Shown here in pieces: positions 1 to 12,968 of a stretch of 64,000 bases of DNA (positions are counted from its first letter, which is position 1; each line of letters starts with the position of its first letter). The DNA is taken from positions 62,001-126,000 of the forward strand of contig CBFFRP010000153.1 in the NCBI GenBank assembly GCA_965644295.1, in the 5' to 3' direction. The notes under the pieces were generated by a model, which worked only from the letters and a program-made list of their open reading frames with translations, made no database searches and was not told where the DNA came from. The DNA comes from Paraphysomonas bandaiensis (Eukaryota > Protista > Chrysophyceae). Position numbers and translations under genes: made by a program.

Positions 1-93
1 TGTGATTACGTGTGGCGTATTAAGCGGTGGATCCGTTGAATATATTTCAAGATAGCTCGTATTGAACAGGTAGAGTTGAGCGGCGGGAGCAAT

Positions 94-3000
94 ATGCTGC
101 AGCCTGCCCCTGCAGACGACTCCGCTGAAGACGACTCGGCGAGTACTGTCGTTGAGGATTATAAATTTCATTTTTCTCGGTGAGTGTGTGTGCATGTGTT
201 GCTGTGTGTCTGTGTGATGCGATGTGGTGTGTCGCAGGTCGAATCTTCTCAGCATGGCTCTGGTTGTGTTCATTGTGGTGCTGATGATACCTCTCGTACT
301 TCAGAACGATACTGACGGCTACTTCTTTGCTGGTGGAGTTCTTGGAGCAGTTTCTTCGGTAATATCGCATACTGTACACTCATATTTCTTATTTGTGTTA
401 GGGTGTCGTCCTGGTGAGTTTTCTGCTGCATCCATCGAGAAGAACTCCGTCCATGTCGCTGCTATCATTCCGCGCCCTGTGCGACATGGGTATAGGATTC
501 AGGTTCATATTCAATAGCTACTTCAATCAGAACCTCTGTGGGGACTCACACTGTGATATCGATGATGGTAAGCTGGTCTGTTTCGTGACCCTTGTGTGAC
601 CTTATTGTTGTCCAGATGAAGTAGGCAGCAACGATGAGCTGTACCGGAACTGCTCCGCACCCTCCGGAATGATTGAGTTTTTCGAACTCGCCTCTGAAGC
701 GTGGTTTTTTTGTCTGGCCTTTGACCTCGCGGTCTCTATCACTAATCCCTTCTCGTCTTTCAGCCAGCGGTAGGCACTGCACTTCGGCATCACAATTGAC
801 TGAACCGTTCTTTGTAGGATGAAGTATTACCATGTTGTGAGCTGGGGGTTTGGACTAGGCATGGCGCTTGTCCTCTCTCTCACACGAGGTCTACATGGGT
901 TTTGGTATGTTGACGAGAGTGTTGACACAACTGCTATATGTTGGATAAAGTCTCGTAAGGATGGTAGGCTAAATTTCCGCACATTCGTGTTCTTGTATAT
1001 TCCACTTGTGGTGGTGTATGTGTATTGTCTGCGGGTTTTAAGCGGTGCCTATTCTCACCTACGTAAGGGTATATCGAAAACTTTTCAGCATCGCGTTAGA
1101 GTTCTTGTCATGAACTCTATCAATATTGGGATTTACATGCTGTACTGGGCAGTTTTGGGTGTTATGTATGCTTTCGCATACGCTTTCTCTGAAAAAAATC
1201 GCATTGTGTCACGGTGGTTCTGGCGCGTCGTTATGTTTATAATATCATCAAAAGGGTTTGCCGACTTGATTGTGTTCATCCTCGTTAGCGACGCTCAAGT
1301 GCCCACAGGTAAGGGTGATACGGAGTCGCTTGATGTGAATGGGGCACTGCGACAGGAGGTACTGCATTATGCCACCACTGGTATACGCGAGTGTGCCGCT
1401 CGAAAGACGGACTCCCCATCTAAAAGGAAACTGGTGCTGCTTATGTCACAGAAAAACATTCCTTTACAAAATATTCTTACTCTGCAACACCTTCTTAGAT
1501 TGGTATTCAGCGGTAGAGACGTAAGTAACAGCACAAACAGCATGGACACGGGAGGAGGCTTGGAGGAGGGATTGGCCCAGCAAATGGACACTGAGCTGCT
1601 CCATGTTGACGACGAAGAAGGAGGGCGCGTTCCAGCTAGACGCATGAAGCCGCGTCGGAGTACTCTTGGGAAGATGCATGCTTTCCCCCAAGGCTACGGA
1701 AAGGACGGTGAATCCCTACCTCAGCCCAATCCCTCCGAAATCTCCGGATGGGAATCAAGCAGAGGAGTTTCTGCGAGTTCTGTTGATCACAGTGAAGATC
1801 GGAACCAATCGTCGGTTGCTTCAAGTCCAACTATCACCTTTGTCGACTGGGTAAAGTCATCTTTTACTGGCAGACTGGACACCGGTAGCACCTCCTCGAG
1901 AAGCGCTACGAAATCTTCCCCAGATAAGTCTATTCGAATGAGTAGTTTATCTTCGCTGGAGTCTGATGTTCCAAATTCTGCACCCGTGAAAGAGGGTTTG
2001 GTCGATGAAGAGACAGGAGAAGACACTCGGCATTCTTCTGGTAGTGTTAGTGTTGACAAAGACAGAGACACTGTTGATGAAGCAGGTGGGTGCTGTGACA
2101 TGCCGTACGCAGTTCTGATAATGTTTTATGTTTTGCAGCATACCAAGATTTCTCTTTCTGGGGCAGGCTATGCTACCAGCTGTCGCATCCGTCCGAGTTG
2201 TGCTCGTGGTTCTCGTTGAACAGGTTAGATATTTTATATTTTGAGGTGCATGTGATGTAATGTGATATATCTGCTCAGTACTCCGGATGTGTCCGTGGAG
2301 TTCGTTGAGTATGAGCCTTATTACTTCAGACAGATCCGCTTATCATCGGGCGTTGAGGACACAGATTATATCACGTGAGTCACGAATTTACAATGCTTTG
2401 TTGTGACGCTGTGTAGATCTTTCATGAAGACCATCAAAGAGCGTTTGACAGAAGGTGGAGCATCTGGCGCGTTCTTCTTTTTCACGAAAGATGAAAAGTT
2501 CATATCGAAGTCGTGCACTCTGGATGAGATCGCTCATATTCGTCGTTCGTCACTTATGCTCTCGCGATACTTTCAAGAAAACCCCGACAGCTTTATAACC
2601 AAGGTAGACTGGACTAATAGTACATGAAGTGCCTTTTCATTGGTATCTTATTTCTTAGATATACGGTGCCTACAAGTTGCATATATATGGAACATCGTTC
2701 TACTTTTTCGTTACAAACAACATATTTCTCAACCCAGATAATGAAGTTATTAACGAAAAGTACGATCTGAAGGGGTCCTGGGTCAAGCGAAACTCCACTC
2801 CTCCTCAGATTGGACAGCGCGTGACCTGCACACATTGCAACCAAAAGTTTACTTTCACTGGTACGAGGAGAAACAAAAAGAAAAGCAAAGGACTGAAATA
2901 CACGTATGTAGATTCCCAACTATTGTTTATTATTGACGCAAATATAGAATTGCCAAACTCAATCCGTCGTCGGTATCTGGAAGATCTATTGAAAAGAGCG

Positions 3001-3966
3001 ATCACAGCGAGTCCAGCCGGTATTTATCTATACCAGTCATGTAATAACATAATAAAGATATGTAGGTGTCCGATGCAAGTTCTTGGCCATCACGAACCAA
3101 ATGTCATTTTAAAGGACAACGATTTGAAATATAAAATCCGGCTGCCTGGTCCAACTGCACGATTTCTTCTGCAACAACTGGAAAAGGACTCAGATCTCCT
3201 GTGCTCGTTTGGGGTGATGGACTATAGCCTCCTCGGTAGTGATATATTACAGTGCATGTTTGAGTACTGATGTTGTATTGTCTACAGTTGGAGTGCACAA
3301 TACGGAGTATGTTGTAGACGATGCTACCGGATTCGACGGAATCCATAAGACAAGCACTGGCAGTTCAACAAACATTGAAAGCAAAGTAATAACGAAGAGC
3401 CGTACGTCTAAAAGCGACAGGAAATCGGAAGAGGAGGTCAAGTCACCGATATTGGCTGCTGCTTCGGGTGGACGCGATAGAAATGAAAGGTGTTTTAGAA
3501 ATGATGACGTGAGGTTGAATGTTGATATTTTGGCAGTGACTCGAGTCTGGCCTGGGTGTCAGAGAGAGCATCTCAAACAACAACTCCGAGGAGCGGAAGA
3601 CTCCATGTATTGTGCTTGCATATCCCCAATAGCAAGTAATTTCTTTCCGTAGGTGAGCCGAATTGTCGGACCTGAGGCCTACTATATGGGCATCGTGGAC
3701 TTTCAACAGCTGTATGACATTGGCAAAAAGGTATAGTTTGAATATCTCAGGGCTCGCAATACGTGCACTGATATAACTGGTATTGGTCAAGGCCGAAAGA
3801 TTCTTTAAGGTGCACGTGAAAGGCAATAGTGGCGAAGGACTATCTTGTATTGAACCAAAGCAATACAGGGCAAGGTAGTTAATTAATTTCTTTAGTTTCA
3901 TTTATAAATGATTTTACCAGGTTTTTGAGGCGGATGGAAGAGCTTCTTGATCTCGAAGATATATGA
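94..3966 (+). CDS. GPCR-PIP kinase fusion (multi-TM receptor-like N-terminus + phosphatidylinositol-phosphate kinase domain), multi-exon
   Basis: Spliced reading MLQPAPADD...FSR|SNLLSMALVV (intron ~180-237). Multiple TM helices with cAMP-receptor-like 'YYHVVSWG' and 'CWIK'. PIPK motifs YEPYYFRQIR, GGASGAFFFFTKDEKF, YDLKGSWVKR, LKDND, GVMDYSLL, YYMGIVDFQQ, GLSCIEPKQY. Stop TGA 3964-3966. An upstream exon cannot be excluded. Confidence 0.9.
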
Positions 3967-4981
3967 GGTGGATGTGTAGCAGATTCACTGCTTTATATTG
4001 CTTAATTATTTAAATATTGTTGTCGAGTTGCTATATTTATAGCACAGAGGAGACGTAGCTGAGTTGTAATTACTTCTCGCTGGCAATTAGAGACTAAATG
4101 CAATTACTGGTCGACTCTTGCAAAGCGGCAAAGTGTTACGATCATTTCTTTCAGTGATTTCTGACATGATGACATTAAGTAATAATATCAGTTCCGTGTT
4201 GGCTTATCGCACAGTCCCTTGCAGGTGTTAAATACGTGTTACCAGTTTGGCTCTGATGCATATTACTTTCAATGAGTTTGAATATAATGAGTGCTGTCTA
4301 GTTAGAATAAAACCCACTCCTACATACGTACGAGTTTTCAAATATTCATCGAAGTAGCTCGTTAGCACTTTTGTTGAGAAAGAAGCAGAGTCACCAATCT
4401 ATGCAAAATACCTTTTAGTAGATTTTATTCTAAATATGCTGTTTTTTGTGTATTAGTTTTGATCAGAGAGTAGTTATGTAGTTATGCCAACTCAAAGTTT
4501 TTATAATACAACATAATATGTGTGCAGACATGTAAAGGTGCCAACTAAATTTAAAGACCTAAAGTATATCTTGAATTTTGAGTATTGGCAAGAAACGTCA
4601 TCAGTACTAACGACGAATGAACTGTTACTATAAACTATCAGCCACTGTATATAAAATTCAATATCTAATTTTAAAAGTACTGAAAATGAGCTTATCAGTA
4701 GTGGCTGGTCAGATTAATGAATATAAATTATTTTGTATGAGCATATATGTAAATTTATTGTTACGGTCGCTGATCAATAATAGTTTGATTAATAAACCCG
4801 ACACTTCTCTTCTTTAATATCAATCAACAAAATCTCATGACAAACCCGGGAATAATCTCCTTCATTGGACCCCCTGTTACTTATCTTTATGTTTTGATTT
4901 TAATAGACAAGTGCGATTAAATGCTTTACGAGCTCAAGTGGTTGCGTATTTGAGAGCAAGAATCAAAGGCCACCGGATGTA

Positions 4982-5436
4982 GTGACAGAATTCCGATATC
5001 ACCGTCCTACTACTCGACGACTTGAGAAATGTACTTCCAACGCACATGAACGCCTGTTCAGCGCAGCTGGACTTGTTATCTCAATGCTACGAAAAAGTAT
5101 GCACCCAACTACACTACTTCATATTATGATGTTGTTTCTGAATATGGCCGGATGCATATTTCAATTAATGTTTAATGAATATGTGGTGATATTAACATAA
5201 GTAATGATCGCTCAGAGAATAAGGAGGAAAATTGTGACTAGCTAAGCAGTAGGTAGTCTTGGTCTGGCTACATAGTGCACTTAATGACTGGTACTAAATA
5301 TAAAATATACGCAATTGTTTACTTTACCATATATATTGCGACGGTATTGTTGTGTCGGTTTAAAAACTCCATCAATATTATTGGAGAGACACGATCTACC
5401 AAATAGGATACAATATTATATCGTTCCCTGACCCTG
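4982..5436 (+). mobile_element. hAT transposon remnant (C-terminal dimerisation domain + right end)
   Basis: ORF 4982-5200 has TSNAHERLFSAAGLVISMLRKSMHP, the hAT dimerisation-domain pattern. It ends in ...gttccctgaccctg, matching the TIR and subterminal sequence of the 16642-17446 element. Left end not found. Confidence 0.7.
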
Positions 5437-6157
5437 ATTAAAACTATGTAATTACATTCTAGTGTTTGCAAACCTATCCTCCTTAATTTTTACATTCTTA
5501 CTGCTTGAAAATTCTAAAAGAATAGCAGAAGAAGTTTTTAAGAGCAAAAGTCAACATAAAGTTTTTTATTACTTTGTCTGTAAGAATCGTAGACAGCAAG
5601 TTTCTGTCTACTGTTTCTTGAAATATTAACTGCACATCACGTTCATACACAATCATATTATGTTGCAAAATGCCCATTCTTTGACTAGATCTCAGAGAGA
5701 ATTTGTCGTTAGACTAGAGATAGATTAATTAATATCGCTTACACGAATTGTGACAAACAACACAATCTCATTTTGCTCCACGCATAATCTCCTACATGTG
5801 TGAACCTCTCGCAACTAAACATATCTTGAAATATCAAACTATTTCAGTTTCTCAATACATTACAGCATTTGTACATTACCATACTTCGCTGTATTCTCGT
5901 ACATTGTCTTCAAGTGCTACACTGCACACTGAATATACTAGAATATAATCTATATTCTAATATATTTGGTTACATACTTACCCATTTTCTCTTTCTTTTT
6001 ATTTTCTTGGGTCACTGCTGCATTTTCACCAACTCTTTGCCATGAACCTTAGTGCAACTCTCAAACTCTCTGCAACTTTCATTCACATCATCAGTCTCAC
6101 TTCTGTTGGACTACTGTAGCACTGCTCAGATTATTGTGAAACAGAAGCTCATCAATA

Positions 6158-6535
6158 TGTAATAACCAGATGGCTGGTGATTTTATGCTATATAAGCTCT
6201 CTATTGTATATGCTTAAGTTTGTACACACTATATGTGCAACATAGGTTGAATATTATTATTGCCATATTTCACGTTAAGATATATGATATATTATGACTA
6301 TATGACAACTAACTCATGCTTATCATTGATACTTATATATCCATTTAAAAGACAAAGAAAGACAGGATTATCAATAATGAAGCATAATGATGAAGATAAT
6401 GATTGATGATATATATATTATTATGTTGTTATTTTATATATATATTTGTGCTTAAGGCTGGAGAAGTTTACTGGATAATTCCGGGTTTGATATCCACGTT
6501 GATAGAAGTGTATTGCCAGATTATCCAGTAATACA
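6158..6535 (+). mobile_element. LTR-like repeat (TGTA...TACA), diverged copy of the solo LTR at 22814-23184
   Basis: Aligns in reverse complement along its whole length to 22814-23184. TG..CA termini. No TSD on this copy. Confidence 0.75.
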
Positions 6536-7356
6536 GTTGTACTTTACGTATTTCATTAGGTACTTATTGTTTATTGAACTGTATTTGGAAGTACGCATAC
6601 AAGGCTTCAACTACAATGAGAGTACTGAATGTATCTTCCCTAACACATTGATGATGAATTAGTTGTGATCAGGCTGAGCTATTAGTAATGTATATGGATG
6701 AAGGTCATTCCTGTAGGCCTTCCTCTGGCCTGGGAATTATATGTATATATTGATTATTGATAATAAGATGCAATTTCTGTACTCTGGAAGTTGCTTGTAG
6801 ATAGTATTATTGTAATTGTAGACATATATTCATTGTTATTCATATATATTATTGATTACTATGGAGGGAGAACCTAAAATGGATGTTCATGACTCTCGTT
6901 TGTTTCATTTAGCTCTGAGAAGGATCAGAGCAATGATTGTTTAAGAACAACAGTCGATATCGAGTGCTGATGAGCAGCGCGTCAGAGATATTGGACTCGT
7001 TATTGTATTAGAAGATGCTGACACCAATAAGAGGGTGTTGCAATTATATGACACAATAATAATTAACATACGTCGCATTACCTTACAATCAATAGTTGTA
7101 ACTGTAAATATATACGGACATGCACGCTCGACTTGGTTCAAACAAATATAATTTAGTAATAAACGAAGGTCTATTTCCCTTGATTACGTGCAATGCAAAC
7201 AGCATATATTTCGAATTAAGTCACACACAGCACGCCTACTATCAGAACGATATACTCGAGAAAAAAGTAGTGAGCTGTATATTTACAACCATCCAGCATT
7301 GTGGCGAATCAACACCACCCATGTAGACTAACTTATTTGGAAACATCTGTAATATT

Positions 7357-8006
7357 TCACTGCATAGCGGATCCTATTCTCATGAATCTTGCACCATCAG
7401 CTGGACTGGACATCATATCTTGAAAACAAATTGTCTGGTGTGGCCATCGCCTTGAACTCAAGATTGTTTCCACTTGGATCCTTAAGAAACCTATATGTAT
7501 ATTACTAAATCATACCATGGAGGCGCTCAAGATACATTGTCAATTGCTCTCCAGGTTCGCCTTCGAATCTTCGGTGGGGTGGAATGATGAAATTAATTTC
7601 ATGGGACTGCAATTTTCTTGCAAGGCTATTAAAATCTTCTTCCGATAATACTAGACCGAAGTGGGGAACCGGAACCTCATCCCCGTCGACCGGGTTGTAA
7701 AAATCTGGACACCTGTAGTTATCACCGACATAGTGACACACGATTTGGTGACCGGAGAAAGAGTAGTCCTGCCATTTATTGCCACTTCGTCGTCCCTCCT
7801 GAAGCTCAAGAATACCGCCATAAAACTGTGGTCATACCTTGTGACTCCGTTCACATATCATTCCGTGATTTTACCTTTCGAGCCGCCACCATATCATGAA
7901 CTGGAATGGCCAAATGAAACGGATTCAGTGAGAGAGATCTTGAGCAGAAGCTACGCAATACACGCACATTACAACGACTAATGGATTGGAGCATGCTCGA
8001 CTTCAT
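7357..8006 (-). CDS. VOC/glyoxalase-bleomycin-resistance family protein with putative mitochondrial presequence, 2 introns
   Basis: Spliced: MKSSMLQSISRCNVRVLRSFCSRSLSLNPFHLAIPVHDMVAARR|FYGGILELQEGRRSGNKWQDYSLSGHQIVCH...VDGDEVPVPHFG...RFEGEPGEQLTM|FLKDPSGNNLEFKA. The PFHLA, PVPHFG and DPSGNxLEFK motifs are typical of bacterial-type VOC proteins. Confidence 0.85.
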
Positions 8007-8063
8007 CGCATATCATATAACACTGCTACAGAATTGCAACCAGCAGGGTCGTAATGCCTTGAA

Positions 8064-8648
8064 CATACCTACATACATACATACATACATACATACATAC
8101 ATACATACAAACATACATACATACATACATACATACATACATACATACATACATACATACATACATACATACAAACATACATACATACATACATACATAC
8201 ATACATACATACATACATACATACATACATACATACATACATACATACATACATACATACATACATACATACATACATACATACATACATACATACATAC
8301 ATACATACATACATACATACATACATACATACATACATACATACATACATACATACATACATACATACATACATACATACATACATACATACATACATAC
8401 ATACATACATACATACATACATACATACATACATACATACATACATACATACATACATACATACATACCTACATACATACCTACATACATACCTACATAC
8501 ATACCTACATACATACCTACATACATACATACATACATACATACATACATACATACATACATACATACATACATACATACATACATACATACATACATAC
8601 ATACATACATACATACATACATACATACATACATACATACATACATAC
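8064..8648. repeat. (TACA)n tetranucleotide microsatellite, ~580 bp, with a few AACA/CCTA variants
   Basis: Directly visible tandem array; it generates the spurious HTYI/MYVC ORFs. Confidence 0.99.
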
Positions 8649-8744
8649 GATACAACCATCCACTCCTGTTTTCGAGCCTTGCAGACAACAATTGACACAA
8701 AGGGGGGAAATTAAATTTTATAATAGGAATATTTGAATCTAGTA

Positions 8745-9062
8745 ATGGCTGACCAAGAACAGTTGAAGCAAGCGCAAAATATCGATTCAGTCACCGACTA
8801 TGTGGAAGATAAAGACGACGCCAATTTACAGAGTGGTTTATCATCGTTAGCAGCCAAAACTGCTGTTACTAGGTAATGCCGTTTAATTTATATGATTTGT
8901 ATATAATTTTTATATAGCACTCCTGACATCAAAATTTCTCGTGATGATATATTACTGATTGCAAATGAACTGGAAGTGTCGAAAGACGAGGCGGAGAAAA
9001 TGCTTAGAAAGTTTTCTGGGGATGTTAAGTCAGCATTATCGTCATTTATTAGTGGAGTATAG
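8745..9062 (+). CDS. HYPK: Huntingtin-interacting protein K (HYPK)-like, 1 intron
   Basis: MADQEQLKQAQNIDSVTDYVEDKD...S|TPDIKISRDDILLIANELEVSKDEAEKMLRKFSGDVKSAL. 'VTDYxE' plus a UBA-like C-terminus. Intron ~8873-8917. Confidence 0.85.
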
Positions 9063-10612
9063 TTTCTTTCTTTATCTTGTCTCTATTATAATCATTGTTG
9101 GGATGAATGGTACACTAGAAAGCTGACCTGCACCGTTGACATGCTCCTGTAGTGTAATGTGTAATCTTTGCAGCAACATTTATCTATATTGGATATAGCC
9201 CACTGTAGTTATCTCTAGATGTCATCTTGCGGCAAAGCTGAATACTATTATAAATTCATCAATATTATCTTGATGAATGGGACAGCTATTAACAAGCTAA
9301 ATAAAACAAGTAATCGTGTATACAAGGTTGTAAAAGAGCACGCTCTCTACAATAGTTTTTTGTAATCACGGGGTGTACGGGGGCAGTATCGTCCCGTGCT
9401 CAAAATTATGAAACGAGGCGAACAATCTGAGTTTATAATTGGGACTAGGGACGATCAGGACTGCGTATCAGTAAATAGATTGTCAATTTCATCAGAAATC
9501 GCAATGGTTGAAAGTTGAAACTGACGGAGGAAAATATAAATGCAATTATAATTGACTCCAGCTTGCTTCAATTAATTGTAGCTTATCCTCGTGCTGCTGA
9601 AACCTAATATCTAGAATGTAATACTGCAAGCTGAAATAGATGCTTCGTGATTAAAGCGAATACAACTGCAAAATCAAAGTTTTGTTTCTTGTTTCTAATC
9701 AATTGCTTTTGTAAGGGAATGTAAATGCACTAAATTAACAGAACAGTAAATCCCAAAACTTTTAAGATTGCTACAATAAATATATATTCCTTCCACAGAA
9801 CACAGAAAAATACTGAGGGAATAGTAACAGCGATGTCTTGAAATGACATGATAAATGTGAAAAATTGCAGTCTTACGAGGCTTCTTGTTGTCGGTGTCAT
9901 CATCGCAACGCTTAACCCCTGATAGTGTAACATGCTCGAATACTGATTTGCAAGACATGACGCCAATGCTGAATGTGCTGGTTGCCACCGCTGCTTATCA
10001 GCTTCAACATTATGTGTGGAATTTGATCTTGAAGTATTGTTGCAAAGTGCTGGTTTAGAAGATAGATCTCTTTCATCGTTACGATGATGATGATATGATC
10101 GTGATAATCTGCTTTTGAAAGTTGACTCCTCATTGTAATTTCCCTAAACTCGTGTAATATAATAAATTTCTTTCGAATTTAAGATAGTGATGTAATTTAT
10201 TCCCGAAATCGAATATTGAAGTCTCATGTCTATATTTGCCCAGTGTTGAGAATCCAATTCAGACAATGGGGATACATGATAAGTTCATCGCCAAGGGAAA
10301 ATATTAAACTAGCACAAAAGTTTTGGAGAAATGAGACACAAAACTACCCATAAGCTGTATGAAACTTATAAGTTTTTTCAGGGGTGTGTGGAGTAGGCCC
10401 AGGAAATTAGTATCATTGGAATGAAATGACGGTTGATTAGATGGTTACAACTGCTAAAGTACAGCTATATATATATAATTATGAATCACTTGCAGTGCAA
10501 TAGTTGAGATTAAGTAGAAAATATTGCCCTTTCCTATTAATAGCGAGCACTTCACATCCTTGACATTGATTAAATAAAGTAGGAAGAACAGCCTCGAAAA
10601 TCGTCAGCTCCT

Positions 10613-11700
10613 TCATGTGCATCGCCAGTCTTCATCTGACACGCCAATCCAACGAAAACGGAGCCATGATTCCAAGTACCAATTGATGGCAGTAGTGGTA
10701 TTCGCAAAATCGTTGTCTTCCATTTCATTTCTATGAGGTATTGTTAAGCTAGAGACGAAATATGAACAGCCACAAACTATGATATAAATGAATCCAGCGC
10801 AAACTCCAACTCCAATCTGCAGAGTTTGGCTTAATCGAGGAGATAGCCAAATAAAATATCCTAAAAGCAACGCAGTACTTGTAATATAGAAATAGTATGT
10901 ACGCGTTTTATGAATCCACCATAATTTGTCCTGCCATGTAACATGGCGACACCACATGTGACGGGCCATACTCGAAAAACGAATATATAAAATTCAGTTC
11001 GACATAGAGTTAAAGTACATTGTTGGTGATGAGCAGTATACCATGCTGTGACTTGCGAGTAATTACCATCACGTCTGAGATACGACAATCCGCGATGTGT
11101 TCTCTGAAACTGGAGCAGCATTCATAGCAGAGCCGGATTTTTACAACTTCGTACGTCGTAATTTTCCTGAAATACGAAAAAAAAAAGTGTTTTCTACAGA
11201 TCAAAAGTAGAGGATTTTAACCAGTGGGAATACCGGAATAGAACCAAATCACCAGCATCAAAAAAGAATAATTGAAGTTGATGGATTCGCAGCTGCTATG
11301 ATGTCCAACCTACTGACCTGCTGACGGGTATCTTAAAACTGGAAGGTATTGAGCATAACATATAGACTATGGGTCGAGCTGAACTTAGTCTTGTAGCTCA
11401 AGGTCGAGAGGAAAGAAACAGTACCTTTCAAAATGTGAAATAAAGACCTCAATCGTGTTATTAAAAATAGAGAACTTAGGAGGGAGGCTTGGTACAGATA
11501 GCAATAGTGCACGCTGGAGATGCCGAAGATATATATGTCTTGCTGTTGCATATTCAAAAAAAGTATAACAAATCCCCTCTTTGCGGCGATATCGATTGCT
11601 GAAGATCTACCGAAACATAGCAGCATAGAGGAGATAGCGATCTGAAACTACCAACTCCAGTGAGACCGAAATAAAAGGAAGGGAAAAGTAAAGAAAACGA
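10613..11700 (-). pseudogene. Fragmented hydrophobic (multi-pass membrane) coding remnant
   Basis: Several overlapping hydrophobic minus-strand ORF pieces in different frames (10613-10969, 10861-11121, 11333-11626) with no clean splice path. Family not recognised. Confidence 0.3.
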
Positions 11701-11923
11701 AGCCTTTTAGAAGTGGTCAGTCATGGAACCTGTTATGCAGTTGCACACATAAGTTATGGTTTACATAGTACAAGATTAACTTCAATAATATTATGTCCAA
11801 CTCTAGCACTGTTAGTCCGGATGATAGTAAATGATATGTGAATCAAACATTTTTACTTACTACTTACCACTATCATCATTATAAGTATCATAGGTAATAT
11901 GAGATACCACTACATAAAGCATA

Positions 11924-12665
11924 ACACCTACTTGACTAGTAAATTCAACAATAGATCCCTTAAGTATTGTTGTTTTGCATAAGCCAGCCACTATATTCCC
12001 TTGTGTGTAGTGAATGTCTGATTATTAGCAATAGGCATGTAAGAGGCAGAACTAATGTAGCAAAACAATTTAACTAACTAGTGCTTAACTCTGATATCCT
12101 ACAACTGAAAGCTGCTTGTACGTCACCGCAAGCACCAAGATGTAACCATTTTCGCTCTATCGACTTTATTTGTTGAGGGCTCACCCCCCCCATAACTTGT
12201 TGAAAAATATAGTATGATAGGCTTGACCCGAGCATATTATTTACACGTAAGCCGCATATAAATAGAAGCAGATACTGTTCTGCCCACTCATAACTACTAA
12301 TATAAGTACCACTTGTGTAGACGTCTTTGGGCATTGAGATGTGCCCACCTCAAGGGTATCCGGGGTATTGGGTTGCCTGATGAAGTCATGCATCCCGGCT
12401 GTTCGCCTTAAGGACAGTGAGCAAAAGTTGTTGCACTTTGGATCTTGCGGTGACGCACAAACAGCTTTCGTAGCGCTAAAGAGTAGGATATCACAGTTAA
12501 GCACTAGTAGTTTTAGTTAAATTGTTTTGCTACATTAGTTCTGCCTCTTACATGCCTATTGCTAATAATCAGACATTCACTACATACAAGGGAACATAGT
12601 GGCTGGCTTATGCAAAACAACAATACTTAGGGATCTATTGTTGAATTTACTAGTCAAGTAGGTGT
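11924..12665 (-). mobile_element. Composite inverted-arm element, copy 1 (long arm 12665->12242, short inverted arm 11924-12158)
   Basis: ~235-bp inverted repeats containing the family core gcttgtgcgtc(a/g)ccgcaagcaccaag shared with 25091, 36741, 41802, 41971, 43308, 49066 and 50006. Confidence 0.85.
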
Positions 12666-12968
12666 AATTTCCTAGTCACATCGAAAATAGTGTAAAAACC
12701 TAGTCAAGGAGATGAAATCTTGTCATTATATAATTGATATTTTCAGTTTACAATGACTAGATTGACTAGCACCTAGCACGACTAGGTGTTTTTAGAATTC
12801 ACCAACTAGCCATCAATTAAATTAATGAATGCAGATATTAAATTTTTATTACTTTTACTAGTTTTTTAAACAAAAGTAGTATGCTAGATGTATTATTATT
12901 TATTCTTGTGTCATTTTGCATAAACTACATCACCGGTCTAACTTTAGCTTTACATCATCCATAATGCT

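Noticed and set aside
7981-8736. Long HTYI/MYVC repeat ORFs
   Set aside because: Artefacts of the stop-free (TACA)n microsatellite.
12378-12475. Hammerhead-like CTGATGA (12378; also gaaagtctgatga at 36741) in the arm family
   Set aside because: Not conserved in other copies, and no correctly ordered stem II-GAAA-stem III-UH core could be built.
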